A stretch of DNA of 64,000 nt from the human T2T-CHM13v2.0 reference genome, Homo sapiens. The position numbers and the translations under genes were made by a program. Positions within the stretch are counted from its first letter, which is position 1; each line of letters begins with the position of its first letter. The notes under the pieces are model-generated. The model had not been told where the DNA came from. It did not search any database and saw nothing but the letters and a program-made list of their open reading frames with translations. Below, in pieces: positions 47,555 through 64,000 of this stretch. Location: the NCBI RefSeq assembly GCF_009914755.1, contig NC_060929.1; one strand, given 5' to 3'.

Positions 47555-49998
47555 TGTCTTAGTCTGTTTTGTGTTGTGATTACAGAATAACTGAGACTGA
47601 GTAGTTTATAAACAATAGAAATTTATTTAGCTCATGTTTCTGGAGACTGAAATCTATAAGAGCATGGTTCAGGCATTTTGTGAAAGACTTTATGTTGCAT
47701 CATTATATAGCAGAAGGCTGAAGAGAAGAAAATGTGAAAGCAAGAGAGTAAGACAGCGCAGAACTCACTTTTATAACAACCCACCGTCACAATAATGACA
47801 TTAATCCATTAATGAGGGTGGAGGCCTCATCATCTACTCACCACCCTTAACAATCTGAAGTCTTAATACAGTCACCACGACAATTAAATTTCAACATAAC
47901 TTTTGGAGAGGCCAGTTAAACCACAGCATTTTAATCTTGGCCCTTCAAAACTCATGTCTTTCTCACAGACAAAATGTATTTATTACATCCCAAGAGTCCC
48001 AAATTCTTAACTTGTTCCAGCACCAACTCAAAAGTCCAAAGTCCAGACTCTCATCTGAATTAGATAAGGCTGTGATTCAAGGCACAATTCAGCCTGAGGG
48101 AAATTTTTATTTATTTGTGTGCTTGTGAAATTAACATGCATGCATCCAAAGTAGAACTATAGGACAGACATGGGGTAGGTGTTCTCAGTCCAAAAGGGAG
48201 AAATAACAAGAAGAAAGGGGTAACTGGTACCCAAAAGTCCAAAACTCAACAATGAAAACAACATTAAGTCTTAAAGATCCTGAATAAGTTCCTTTGGCTC
48301 CATGTCTAACATCCTGAGCACAGTGGAACAGGAGTTGGACTCCCAAAACCTTAGGCAGCCCCACCCCTATAACTTTGCTAGGTTTAGTTCATCCAACAGC
48401 TCTCATTTGTTGGTATCCTGGGCCTGCAGCTCTCCCACACTGATGCTGCAATGTGGTAGCTCTACAGTTATGAGGTCATGATATTGACCTCACTACTACA
48501 GCTAAGCTAGGCATCACCCTAGTGGGGGCTCTCTGTGGTGGCTCTTCTCTTGCAACAAGTCTCTGACTGGGCCCCTAGGCTGTTTGTGACAACATTGAAA
48601 ATTGAGGTGAAGGAAGCCATGCCCCCATGGCTATGCATTCTGCACACCTACAAAATTAGTACCACATGGACACTACCAAGGCTTATAGCTTGTATCATCA
48701 AGAATGGTGGATGGAGCTGCACTTGGACCCACTTGAGCTGTGACTGGAGCAACCAAGGAGCTGTGCTAAAATTTGTGGAGCATTGACATGGGGTGATTAT
48801 GGGCAGCTTGTCCTAGAGAGTGCCCTGGGCCTGTCTCTGGAAACTATTCTGCCTTCCTCGAGTTCTGGGACTATTATAAAAAGTGCAGCCTCAAAAATCT
48901 CAGAAACCCCTTTAGTGACATTCTGCCATTGTTTTTATGATCCCTTCTTTCTGTACTAATCTTTTTAGCAAATGGTTGCTTGGCCACATCCTTGGTTTGT
49001 GCTCCTGAGTATGCTTTTTCATTCTTTACATGACCGGGTTGAAAATATTCAAAATCTTTCTATGCTGTTTCTCTCTTAATTATAAATTCTACCTTTGAGT
49101 CATTTATTTTATCTCACTTTTTATATGTGGTTAAAGGTAGCTAGGCAATTTCTACAACATTTTACTTAGAAACTTATTTCACTAGATATCCCAGTTCATT
49201 GCTCTGAAATTTCACTTTCCATAAAGCTGTATAGCGTGTGCACAATTCATCCAAGTTCTTTGCTACTTCATAACAAGAATGGGCATTTCTCTATTTTTCA
49301 ATGAGACATTCCCTTTTTGCATCTGAAACCTTATCAGAATCGCCTTTATGGTCTATACTTCTACCAATATTCTATCACGTTAGAGAACTTCTTCTTCAAG
49401 AAGTTATAGACTTTCTCTACCTTTTTTATTTACTTCTGATCCCGCATCAGAATCACCCTTGACACTCCATTCATGGCACTCTGGACTTTTTCTAGCATAC
49501 TCCTTCAAAGTCTTCCAGCTTCTAACGATGACCTAGTTCCAAAGCTACTTTCACATTTTCAGGTATTTGTTATAGCAACAGCCTTACTTCTGTGTACCAG
49601 TTTTTTGTCTTAGTTCATTATGTTTTACTATAAGAGAATACATGAGATTGGGTAATTTATAAACAGTATAAACTTGTTTATTTTATGGTTCTGGAGACTT
49701 GGAAGTCTAAGAGTGTGGCACTCACATCTCATGAAGGACTTAGTGCCGCATCACCCCATGGCAGAAGGCAGAAGGACAGGAAAACACAAGAGCAAGCAAG
49801 AGAGAGAGGGCCAAACTCACTTTCATACTAACCCATTCTCATGATAACAAATTCACTCAATTGATAACAACATTAATCCATTAATGAAGGTGGAGCCCTC
49901 ATGGCCTAATCACCTCTTAACAGTCCTACATCTTAACACCAGCAAGATGGCAATTAAATTTCAAGATAAGTTTTGGAGATAGCCTTCAAATCATTGCA
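47555..49998 (-). mobile_element. Full-length old MaLR (MSTC/MSTD-like): LTR about 47555-47928, internal, LTR about 49606-49998
   Basis: Two homologous LTRs (tgtcttagt...tttataaaca.ta.aaa...cattaatccattaatga.ggtgga...caattaaatttcaa) around MST-int. Confidence 0.88.
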
Positions 49999-50746
49999 CG
50001 TGGCCATTATAGACCTCTCTATTGAGAATGGTAAGGGGCCTCTTATTTCTGAGGCTACTGTATGTTGTTTGAATACAGATAGCCTTAAAAGCATGCAAGG
50101 ATGAAAATTCAGAGCAATAATGAAACTGGTATAATTAAGACCATGGACTTTCAGGAGGCCAGTGCAAAGCAGGTGAGTAAGTCAGTTCTTTTCTAGTTCC
50201 TGGTAGTATCCATTCAGCAGGGCCAGTCTGACCACTTCACACAGCCTCAGATTCATGTGTTTCCCTTTGATCTTCCAGAGAACTTAGCCACTTCCAGACT
50301 TCTGTTCCTTAGACTCTGTTCTAAAACTCGAGAAAATGACACCTAAACACTGTGTCATAAACTCGAGAACTGAAAGCCTCAGAGATCTTAGAAATCCCTT
50401 TAGGGACATTCTGCCATTGCTAGAAATCCACCATAGATCCTATTTATAAAATAGGTGGATCTGCTGGTAGTGCATTGGGATTATACAATCAGAGGAAAGT
50501 ATACATCCAAAAGTTACCCATATCCACACTTAAAAAATAGACACTCTCTTGGAAATTCACCCTGCTTTGAATACCTCACATGTGATTTTCCATGTACATA
50601 TATTAGTTCTGAATCATGTATTATTTTTATGTCTTCTTAAGTCATGTACTTAAAAAATAAGTAATATCCTTATAAATGAGGAAAACAATGAAAGTTGTAT
50701 TACATTATCTTTAGGTGAATGTAGTTTATATACGTGTATCTAAATA

Positions 50747-51080
50747 TAGTCATTCCTCAGTATCCACAGGGTATTGGGTTCTCCAGTGGATACCAAAAGC
50801 CTAAGATGCCCCAGTCCCTTATCTAAAATGACTCAGTACTTGTATGTAATCTATGCACATTCTCCCATAATAACTCTAAGTTATATCAACATTATTTATG
50901 ATATATAATGCAATGCCTACACATTACTTCATTTGCATTGATTCCACATAATGCTAGGTGCATACATAATTCCAGTTTTACTTTTTGGATCTTTGTGGAA
51001 TTTTTTCTCCTAAATGTTTTTTATCCATCATTGGTTAAATCCATGAATGCAGAACACACAGATGTGAAAGGTCAAATCTG
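50747..51080 (+). mobile_element. MER2-like Tigger-derived MITE
   Basis: TA flanks; tagtcattcctcagtatccacaggg...atctatgcacattctccc...ttggttaaatccatgaatgcagaac..ctg. Confidence 0.8.
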
Positions 51081-53577
51081 TATGTATTTTACATATATGT
51101 GTACACACATACTTTATTATAAGAATATTGAAATAACATATATAGGAAGGAATATAATTACTTTAAATTGCATACGTATGTTTTAGATTGCTTAAATATG
51201 CATTCCAATTCAAATACAATTATGTATAAATATATATAGTTTGAAATTATATGTTAATTTAGCTATATTGTAGTGTATGTAAAATTTTAATAATCATCTC
51301 TGGTATGCTCACTAGCTTGGAGATTATTTTAAATAATAATATTGAATAGACATAGAAATAAATACAATTTCAATTCAAAAGTTTATTTTCATCTTTATGG
51401 TCCTTTATTTCTAAGTGTAGCAATAATTACAAACTGGATTCAAAGGTTATGATTCCTTTCTTTATACAGTCCTTTATTTCTGAACTTAGCCTTAATAATC
51501 TAATTTTTGATTGAAAATTAGTCTTTTTTAATGAAAAGTCAAGTCTTTAGTTGAGACAATGAATTATCTTATCATCATTTAGTGACAATGCATAATAAAA
51601 TGAATTTCTGAGTAATATCAAAAGACTTTCTTATGAACTTTCATCAGAAACCCATTACAATTCATTTGAAGAAACTGACATGCAGCATATGACTGCAATT
51701 TACATTTTCACATATGAGAATGAAACCTAGCTTCCAAAACTTATTGAAGAAATTGGGGAAATTTTACTTAGACATAAATCTAGAGAAAGGAAAGACAAAA
51801 AAAAAAAAAATTTGAGGTCCCAGGTCTGATAATCATGGGGAGAGGATTACTTGTAAACAAGAAAATGATGGATTTGTGATGAGCCTGATGATGGTAACAG
51901 CATAATCAGTAGTTAATAATGAGAAGATTTTCACACCACATCAGAGTAACTTAGTAAACAGTATACTTAACATTTTAAAAATCCTATATCTAAATAAAAA
52001 AACTCTCATGATGATATTTTTGTATGACTATACTTCAATACAAAGCATATATTTACAGAAATAAATCTATGTTTAAACCCTTTTAATCTTGAGTGCAGGG
52101 TTCCACAAAGAACTTACTGCAGGCTTAGATACTCTAGCACACCCAGCTCTAGTGAAGTGTAATTTACAAGACAGAAAGGCCAAGATACTCGAATTGATTT
52201 AACAAGTACAGGCAAAGTATTTTTGAAGAAGTTATTTAACCCATTTGAAACTGATTTTCTCAACTGAAACTTAGAAAATGTAGATTCTATGAAAATAAAT
52301 GAAATGATGTTTACAAAATACTCTTTCTAGGACATAACAATCCTTCTCTTTCACACACATACACACCCCAGTACAATAAATAGAAAAAATAAATAAGAAG
52401 TATTTAAGAATATTATAACTCACATTTGTCTGTCTACCTACAAAAGGGTTACAGCAATTCACCTGGACTAAATGCCTTTACAGTTAAGCTTTATCAGGTG
52501 AGAAAAGAAAAATTTTAGAAGCAAAATTTAGGTGAAGACCCAGCGGATGAGATCAATGTTTCTTTCATTTCTCTCTCACATACTGTTGGGTCTGATTTTT
52601 CTCAATATTTGAAATCATTTATATTGACCAGTAATAATGGCATCTACCCATTGGTGGTGATTATTAGAGTAACTCAAACAGCTTCCTCAAGACTGTTCTA
52701 TTCGTAGCATTTATTCCCCATCTTTTATTGCCCAACCACTTTATTCTTCCTTTTATTTTCTACCACTTCATTTCACTGCTATGTGCATGACTAAACAAAC
52801 TTATTACAGTCTGTAAAAATATATATTTTGAAGCATAAGGTAATTAGCAGATAGTAATAGAGATTCAAATATGGATATCTTGCCCATTTGTCATGGCCTT
52901 GGCATTTTACTGAACCAGACTGTAGTGTTTTTAAAACTCGCTACTCTCAGGAGAGAGCTTTGGGGCTCTTGCTTTCATTCCACACACCTGCTGTGGGAAG
53001 AAACTGATCCCATCAGGACCTGTCACTTCTTTTCATTTTTAACCAGGGAAAGAGTACACACAACACTTTCCCTGATAGAACACAAACACTCCCTGAATAC
53101 TTTGAAGAACAGTAAGAAATCCACATAGTAGGAATTCACGTGCTAATTACTTATTTTTTGTACAGAACTTCTAGACCAAAAGAAAATTAGTGACATTTTC
53201 CTATTTTAAACTAAATTGTCTTCCTATAGAAAAAGTGTAAATCTGGATATATCTGTGCATAGATATACATACATTTGTATAAACACACATGTATATACAC
53301 AAGATTGATAAAGGAATTTGGGAAAATCATACTTTTTCAAAGTAAGGTGAGATTTTTCGGCTATTCCTATCACAAATATGCTAGCAGATGAAGGCCAAAA
53401 AGCCCAATTATTCAAAAGATGACTACAGTACAAATATGGGCACACTTGATTTTAGAAAATATCTATTTTTGTTGGGCCTTTTAACTAACGGCATAAACTT
53501 GTCTTATATTTTTTTTTTCTTCCTGTTTAAAATAGATAATACAGGACACTTCTTTATGTAACCTCTACATTCACCTT

Positions 53578-53864
53578 TTTTTTTTTTTTTTTTTTTTGAG
53601 ACGGAGTCTCGCTCTGTCACCCAGGCAGGATCTCGGTTCACTGCAAGCTCTGCTTCCAGGGTTCAGCCATTTTCCTGCCTCAGCCTCCCGAGTAGCTGGG
53701 ACTACAGGCGCCCGCCACCACACCCAGCTAATTTTTTTGTATTTTTAGTACAGACGGGGTTTCACCGTGTTAGCCAGGATGGTCTCGATCTCCTGAACTC
53801 GTGATCTGCCCGCCTCGGCCTCCCAAAGTACTGGGATTACAGGCGTGAGCCACCGCGCCCGGCC
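53578..53864 (-). mobile_element. AluY with 14-bp internal deletion
   Basis: Y diagnostics (gcaagctc, gccatt, gtgttagccaggatgg), many CpGs, long T tail, perfect TSD tacattcacctt at 53566-53577 / 53865-53876. Confidence 0.95.
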
Positions 53865-56204
53865 TACATTCACCTTCTATAACCTTTTTCAGTGAGTCAT
53901 TAGAAGGACTCGCAATAGAATCCTTAGTTATTGAAGGTTACGAGATAAACCTTCCTGCTTTAAAATGGTTCAGTGTTCTTTACATATGAGTTGACTCTGG
54001 GATGTTTTCCAAATCTTGCATGTAAAATTTCCTCGTTCAATTTTCTATTAATAAAGACACTTTTCTCTTACACCATTCCTTTTTTATATTTGTATGATAA
54101 TGCTTTTTTATGTAAATTGACTATTTTCAGAACACTTAATATGATTCTGCTCTTATTTGAAAATTATTTCAAGGAGACTGTTATGTAATAATGATCTATA
54201 ATGTGCAAGGTTTTAACTGCAGATATATGTCTAGCAGTATAGAACTCTAGTGTGAGTTCTGTTAAAATTGGAGCTCCATTATAACAGCCACAAGTCAGTT
54301 ATGATGGAGCTACACAGGTCTTCACTAATACTGTTATATATTAAGCGGTCTGAATCCTGCTGCACTAATGTGGAGAATAGAAAATAAGTTGATAGAAGCC
54401 CAATTTAAATTCAACAACTAATAAAGACAGGATACAATTTTAGTACTGAAAATATTTTCAAATGTGATATGTGAAAAGCCTACTACTCTGCAACTCATTT
54501 ACATAAAAGTGAATGATATGTTAGGAGTTTAAGCCATGAGTTTAGCAACTTTTGTGGCAGATAACTTAGGTGAAATTGATAATGCTTTCATTTTCTTATT
54601 GTGTAAAAACTGGTAGCTTAGTTCTTTAAAAGTAAAAATAGTAAAACATAATAAATACATATTTACTACCAACTTGACTATTTTAGAAAAAAATAATTTT
54701 TATTAAAAATATAAATAAATAGCAAATTGAGTTAAGGAATTTTCTACAACTTTAAATTCGTATCTCCAATCTAGTAAGTGTGAAACAGTATACAAATATT
54801 TCTTTGACACAAGTATTTTTATTGATTTTCTAATTGAAAATTCATCAATAAGAAATACTAAATATCACTAATTTTATTTTTAATCACAAAATTATGTTAT
54901 ATTTACATAATAAATTATTCACATATCCACAAATAAACAGACATAACACACACACACAAAAATAAATTCAAAGTTTATAAGCATGTATGCAGCAGAAATT
55001 TTTATTGCTTATGTTCAATCAATAGGTAAGTCAATTGACTGAGGTTTTCCAGTTCCTGGGGAAAGTATAATGATACATAGTCATAGAATAGTGAACAATT
55101 TTTTAGTTTTTATATTTCTACTGATTAACTTGCTTTTTTCTAAAAAAAGTTTATTCCACTTGTGTTTAATATTCTTAATTGAAAGTTGTTTTATTTGTAT
55201 GTAATTATATAACTGAACTGAGCATTATATAAATACTTAAATATAATACCAAAGTAGAGTTCCATTTTTATGAAAATAGTCACATCTTTCCCAGTAGGAC
55301 TTTTGCTTCCTTTTGAAAATAAAGTTAGATCTATCTCTTACTCTCCATAGGGAAAGATAGACAGCTCTTCAGTAGCTTCATATAAGATCAGAGTCTTCTA
55401 AATTTGAACTCCTCTCCATTTCATGTGCAGGTACCATAACTAAGAAAGTAATTTTTAAAAAAAATGTCAATCAGCAAAAGTATGTTCCCTTGCTTTTTAA
55501 CACCATGACTAATGATGGGCTTCCTGTTTTGGCAGTAGTTATACCTTTAGAGTAGTGAATGCCTCCCTACCACCCACAATGGAGATTGTCATGATTTCTC
55601 TTAGCAAGTTTTCCCAGTGTGAAATAAACCATCTATCATATTTCATTTTTTTTGTCATCACCCTAAATAAATGTTCTCTGGCTATTGCTGTGATGACCAC
55701 AGGTTACTTTTGGTTAAGAATTCAATTGGGCCTGAATACCTACAATTATAACATGAAGAAGTTAAACCAGAAAATGTCTAATGTCTTTTCTGACATTGAA
55801 ATATTGGGGATGCCAGTGAACAAACAAAATAGATTTATTTTTATATTACAGCTTTGACTCCAATACAGAAAAATGCTAAGGGCTTTTATATCTTTGGGGT
55901 AAATTTATAACATCATGTAACAAATCAAAATCATGGAGATATGAGGCATGGATTTCCTACAGTTATAAGCCATTAATCGGGGCAGGAGTAGCCTAGAAAT
56001 TAATTGAAATAGTGCTTGAAAAATGTGATGGTTAATGAATAGAAGACAGATGGATCCTGGAGAATGACAGTGGATTATCATAAGCTTAACCAAGTGGTGA
56101 CTCCAATTGCAGCTGCTATACCAGATGTGGTTTAATTGCTTGAGAAAATTAACACATCTCCTGGTACCTGGTATGCAACTATTGATCATTCAAGTGCTTT
56201 TTTC

Positions 56205-61099
<4,895 letters not shown>

Positions 61100-63591
61100 T
61101 AGAGCCCTATCTCAGTGGTATATCAGTTCTTCAGCCCTCTAACAATTTAGTTCACAGGGATCTTGAGTATCTTTTCATTCCACAAGATATCATATTGGTC
61201 CATTACACTGATGACATTATGCTGATTAGAACTAATGAGTATGAAGTTGCAACTACTTTAAACTTATTGGTAAGATATTTGCATGTTGGAGGATGGGAAA
61301 TGAACTTGACTAAAATTCAGGGTCCTTCTACCTCAGTGAAGTTTCTAGGACGCTACTGGTGTAGGGCATGTTGAAATATTCTTTCTAAACTGAAGGATAA
61401 GTTGTTGCATCTGACCCCTCCTACAACCAAGAAAAAGGCACAACACCTAGGGACCTGTTTGGATTTTGAAAGGAGCAGACTCTTCATTTGGATGTGTTGC
61501 TCTGGCACATCTACCAAGTGAACCAAAAAGCTGCTAGTTTTGAGTGAGGCCTAGACCAGGAGAAGAATTGCAACAGGTCTTAGGCTGTTGTGAAAGCTGC
61601 TTTGCAACCTGGGCATTATGATCCAGTTGCCCTAATGGTACTTGGATGCTGTTTGGAGCCTTTGGCAGGTCCATATATGTAAATCACAGTAGAGATCTTC
61701 CTTTGAGATTTTGGAGAAAGGCCCTGTCATTATCTGCACGTAACTGCTCACCTTTTAAGAAATAGATTTTATTCTGCTACTAGATCTTAGTAGAAGCTGA
61801 AGGCTTGACCATGGGCCACGAATTTACTGTGATTCTTGTACTTCCCATCATGAACTGGATGTTACCTGACCCACTAAGTTGTAAAGTTGGGTGCACACAT
61901 CAGCACTCCATCATCAAATGGAAGGGGTATACAAGTGATCCAACCTGAGCAGATCCTAAAGGTATGAGTAACTTAAATGAAGAAGTGGCCCAAATGCCCA
62001 TGGTTTCTACTCCTGCTATGCTGCCTTCTCTCTCAGCCTACACCTATGGCAGTATGAAGCATACCCTCTGATCAGTTCACAAAGGAAGAAAAGACTGGGG
62101 CCTGGTTTAGAGATGGTTCTAAACTATATGCAGGCACCACTCAAAAGTGGACAGCTATAGCGCTACAGCCCCTTTCATAGATGTCCCTGGACAGTAGTAA
62201 GGTAAAATCTTCTCAATGGGAAGAACTTGGTAGGGGGGCACCTGGTTGTGCACCTGGGAGGAGAAATGACTAGGTGTATGATTACATTATCTACTGATGG
62301 GCTGTGGCCAATGGTTTGGTTGGATGCTTAGGGACTTGGAAAGGCATGATTTGAAAATTGGTGACAAAAAATTGGAGGAAGAAGTATGCAGATAGATCTC
62401 TCTGAGTGGGCAAAGGATGTAAATATTATTCATGTCCCATGTGAATGCTCACTAAAGATTGACCTCAGCAAAGAAAGACTTTAATAATCAGGTAGATAGG
62501 ATGATCTATCCCGTGCTTCTGTGGATACTAGTCAGCCTCTTTCCCTAGCTAATTCTGTCATCACCAAATTAGCTCATGAACAATGTGGCCACAGTGGCAG
62601 GGATGAGTGTTATGAATGGGCTCACCAACATGGACTTCCACTCACCAAGGTTGACCAGGCCATGACCACCACTGAGTTCCCAATCTGCCAGCAGCAGAAA
62701 CCAACACTGAACCCCCCAGTATGGCACAATCTTCCTGGGGTGATCAACCAGCTACCTGGTGGTGGATTTATCCCATAGGATCACTTCCATCATGGAATAG
62801 GGCAATTTTTTTCCTTCCTGGAATAGATACTAACTCTGGATATGGATTTGCTTTCTCTGCATGCAATGTTTCTGCCAAAATTAACATTTGTAAACTCACA
62901 AAATGCCTTGTGATATTCTACACAGTGAATACCATCAGGATATTCTACACAGTGTTGCTCGTAATCAAGGAACTCACTACTTGGCCAAAGGAGTGCAGCA
63001 ATGAACTCGTGCTCACAGAATTCACTGATCTTACCATGTTCCCCATCGTCCTGAAGCAGTTGGTTTGATGAAAAGGTAGAACAGCTTTTGAAATCCCAGC
63101 TACAGTGCCAGCTAGGTGACAATAGCTAGCACTGCAGGGCTGGGACAAAGTTCTTTAGAAGGCTTCATGTGCTCTAAATCGGCTCCCGATACATAGTACT
63201 CTTTCTCCCATAACCAGGATTCAGGGGTCCAGGAATCAAGGGGTGCAATAAAAATGAAACCACTCACAATTGACCCTAGTGATGTATTAGCAAATTTTTT
63301 ATTCCCTGTTCCCACAGCTTTATATACTGCTGGCCTAGGGGTCTTACTTCGAAAGAGAGGGATGCTTCCATCAGGAGAAACAACAATGATTCCATTTAAC
63401 TGGAATGTAAGGCTGCCACTTTGCCACTTTGGGCTCCTCTGAGACAACAGGCTAAGAAAGGAATTATGGTGGTGGCTGGGGTGATTTACCTGGACTACAA
63501 AGGAAATATTGGACTATTATTCCACAATGTAGGTAAGAAATAGCATGTCTGAAATACAGAAGATCCCTTAGGGCTTGTCTTGTACTATTAT

Positions 63592-63997
63592 TGTAAGGTT
63601 CTTCTATCCGTTCAAACCCTGAGAGCGTGCCAACAGACAACACAAGGCAGTGTGGAGTAACACGCTGTTTTAATGAGTGCCTGGGTGCACGCGGGCTGAG
63701 GTCTAAAATGGCGTCAGCCCCAAGTGAAGACGGGGCAAAGATTTTATAGTCTCTTGTAAACAGGAAGTGTCCTAGTCTGACGTAACTGCTGTGTGGTACG
63801 CGGATGGCCTTTCTCGATCTTCAGGGGTACGTGTCTTCCAGCCAGGGTAGCTGTCTTCTGACTGGCTCTCTTCCTGCTTTTGCTATCTTACTGACACATG
63901 CTGCTGATGCAAGTGGCCTTACACTTTGAAGACCGGGCCTGAGAAGGCAGGAGTTACTCATCCCCTTAAGCTTTCAGGCCCCAGGGAGAATCTTACA
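63592..63997 (-). mobile_element. Solo LTR (LTR18-like, ERVL class) inserted in the ERV-L internal region
   Basis: Terminal inverted tgtaag...cttaca; TSD attat / att (cut by window edge); YY1 AAAATGGCG, ETS CAGGAAGT and CRE-like TGACGTAA motifs. Subfamily from recollection. Confidence 0.7.
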
Positions 63998-64000
63998 ATT

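Noticed and set aside
50079-50178. Possible internal exon (CAG acceptor 50078, CAG/GTGAGT donor 50173) for a transcript from the CpG island
   Set aside because: Weak polypyrimidine tract; such motifs occur by chance in 64 kb, so it is unsupported without RNA data.

Overview
AT-rich, gene-poor primate genomic DNA. No intact cellular protein-coding gene, RNA gene or CRISPR array is supported; almost all recognisable sequence is retroelement-derived. The short L1 5'UTR points to an African great ape, and variants shared by the two young L1s hint at a non-human lineage. Main contents: (1) a full-length, disabled L1PA2-like LINE-1 (12258-18281) with an intact antisense ORF0 and a ~144-bp 3' transduction, nested in an older L1; (2) a diverged, TSD-flanked processed pseudogene of SLC66A2/PQLC1 (21814-24431) whose 3' part is CpG-island-like, with promoter motifs, a strong splice donor and a 450-codon open frame; (3) a second young L1 (56205-61016) inside ERV-L pol with a perfect 15-bp TSD and an inverted part that is circularly permuted (best explained as twin priming plus a loop-back template switch), creating an in-frame ORF2-ORF1 fusion; (4) many Alu, MaLR, ERV1/ERVL LTR, Tigger/MER2, L2, CR1 and old L1 fragments, and a ~780-bp palindromic TA/TAGA repeat. 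Subfamily names and consensus comparisons are from memory, and boundaries of old repeats are approximate. I see no evidence for a new multi-gene system; the best novelty candidates are the permuted L1 and the possibly exapted retrocopy CpG island.
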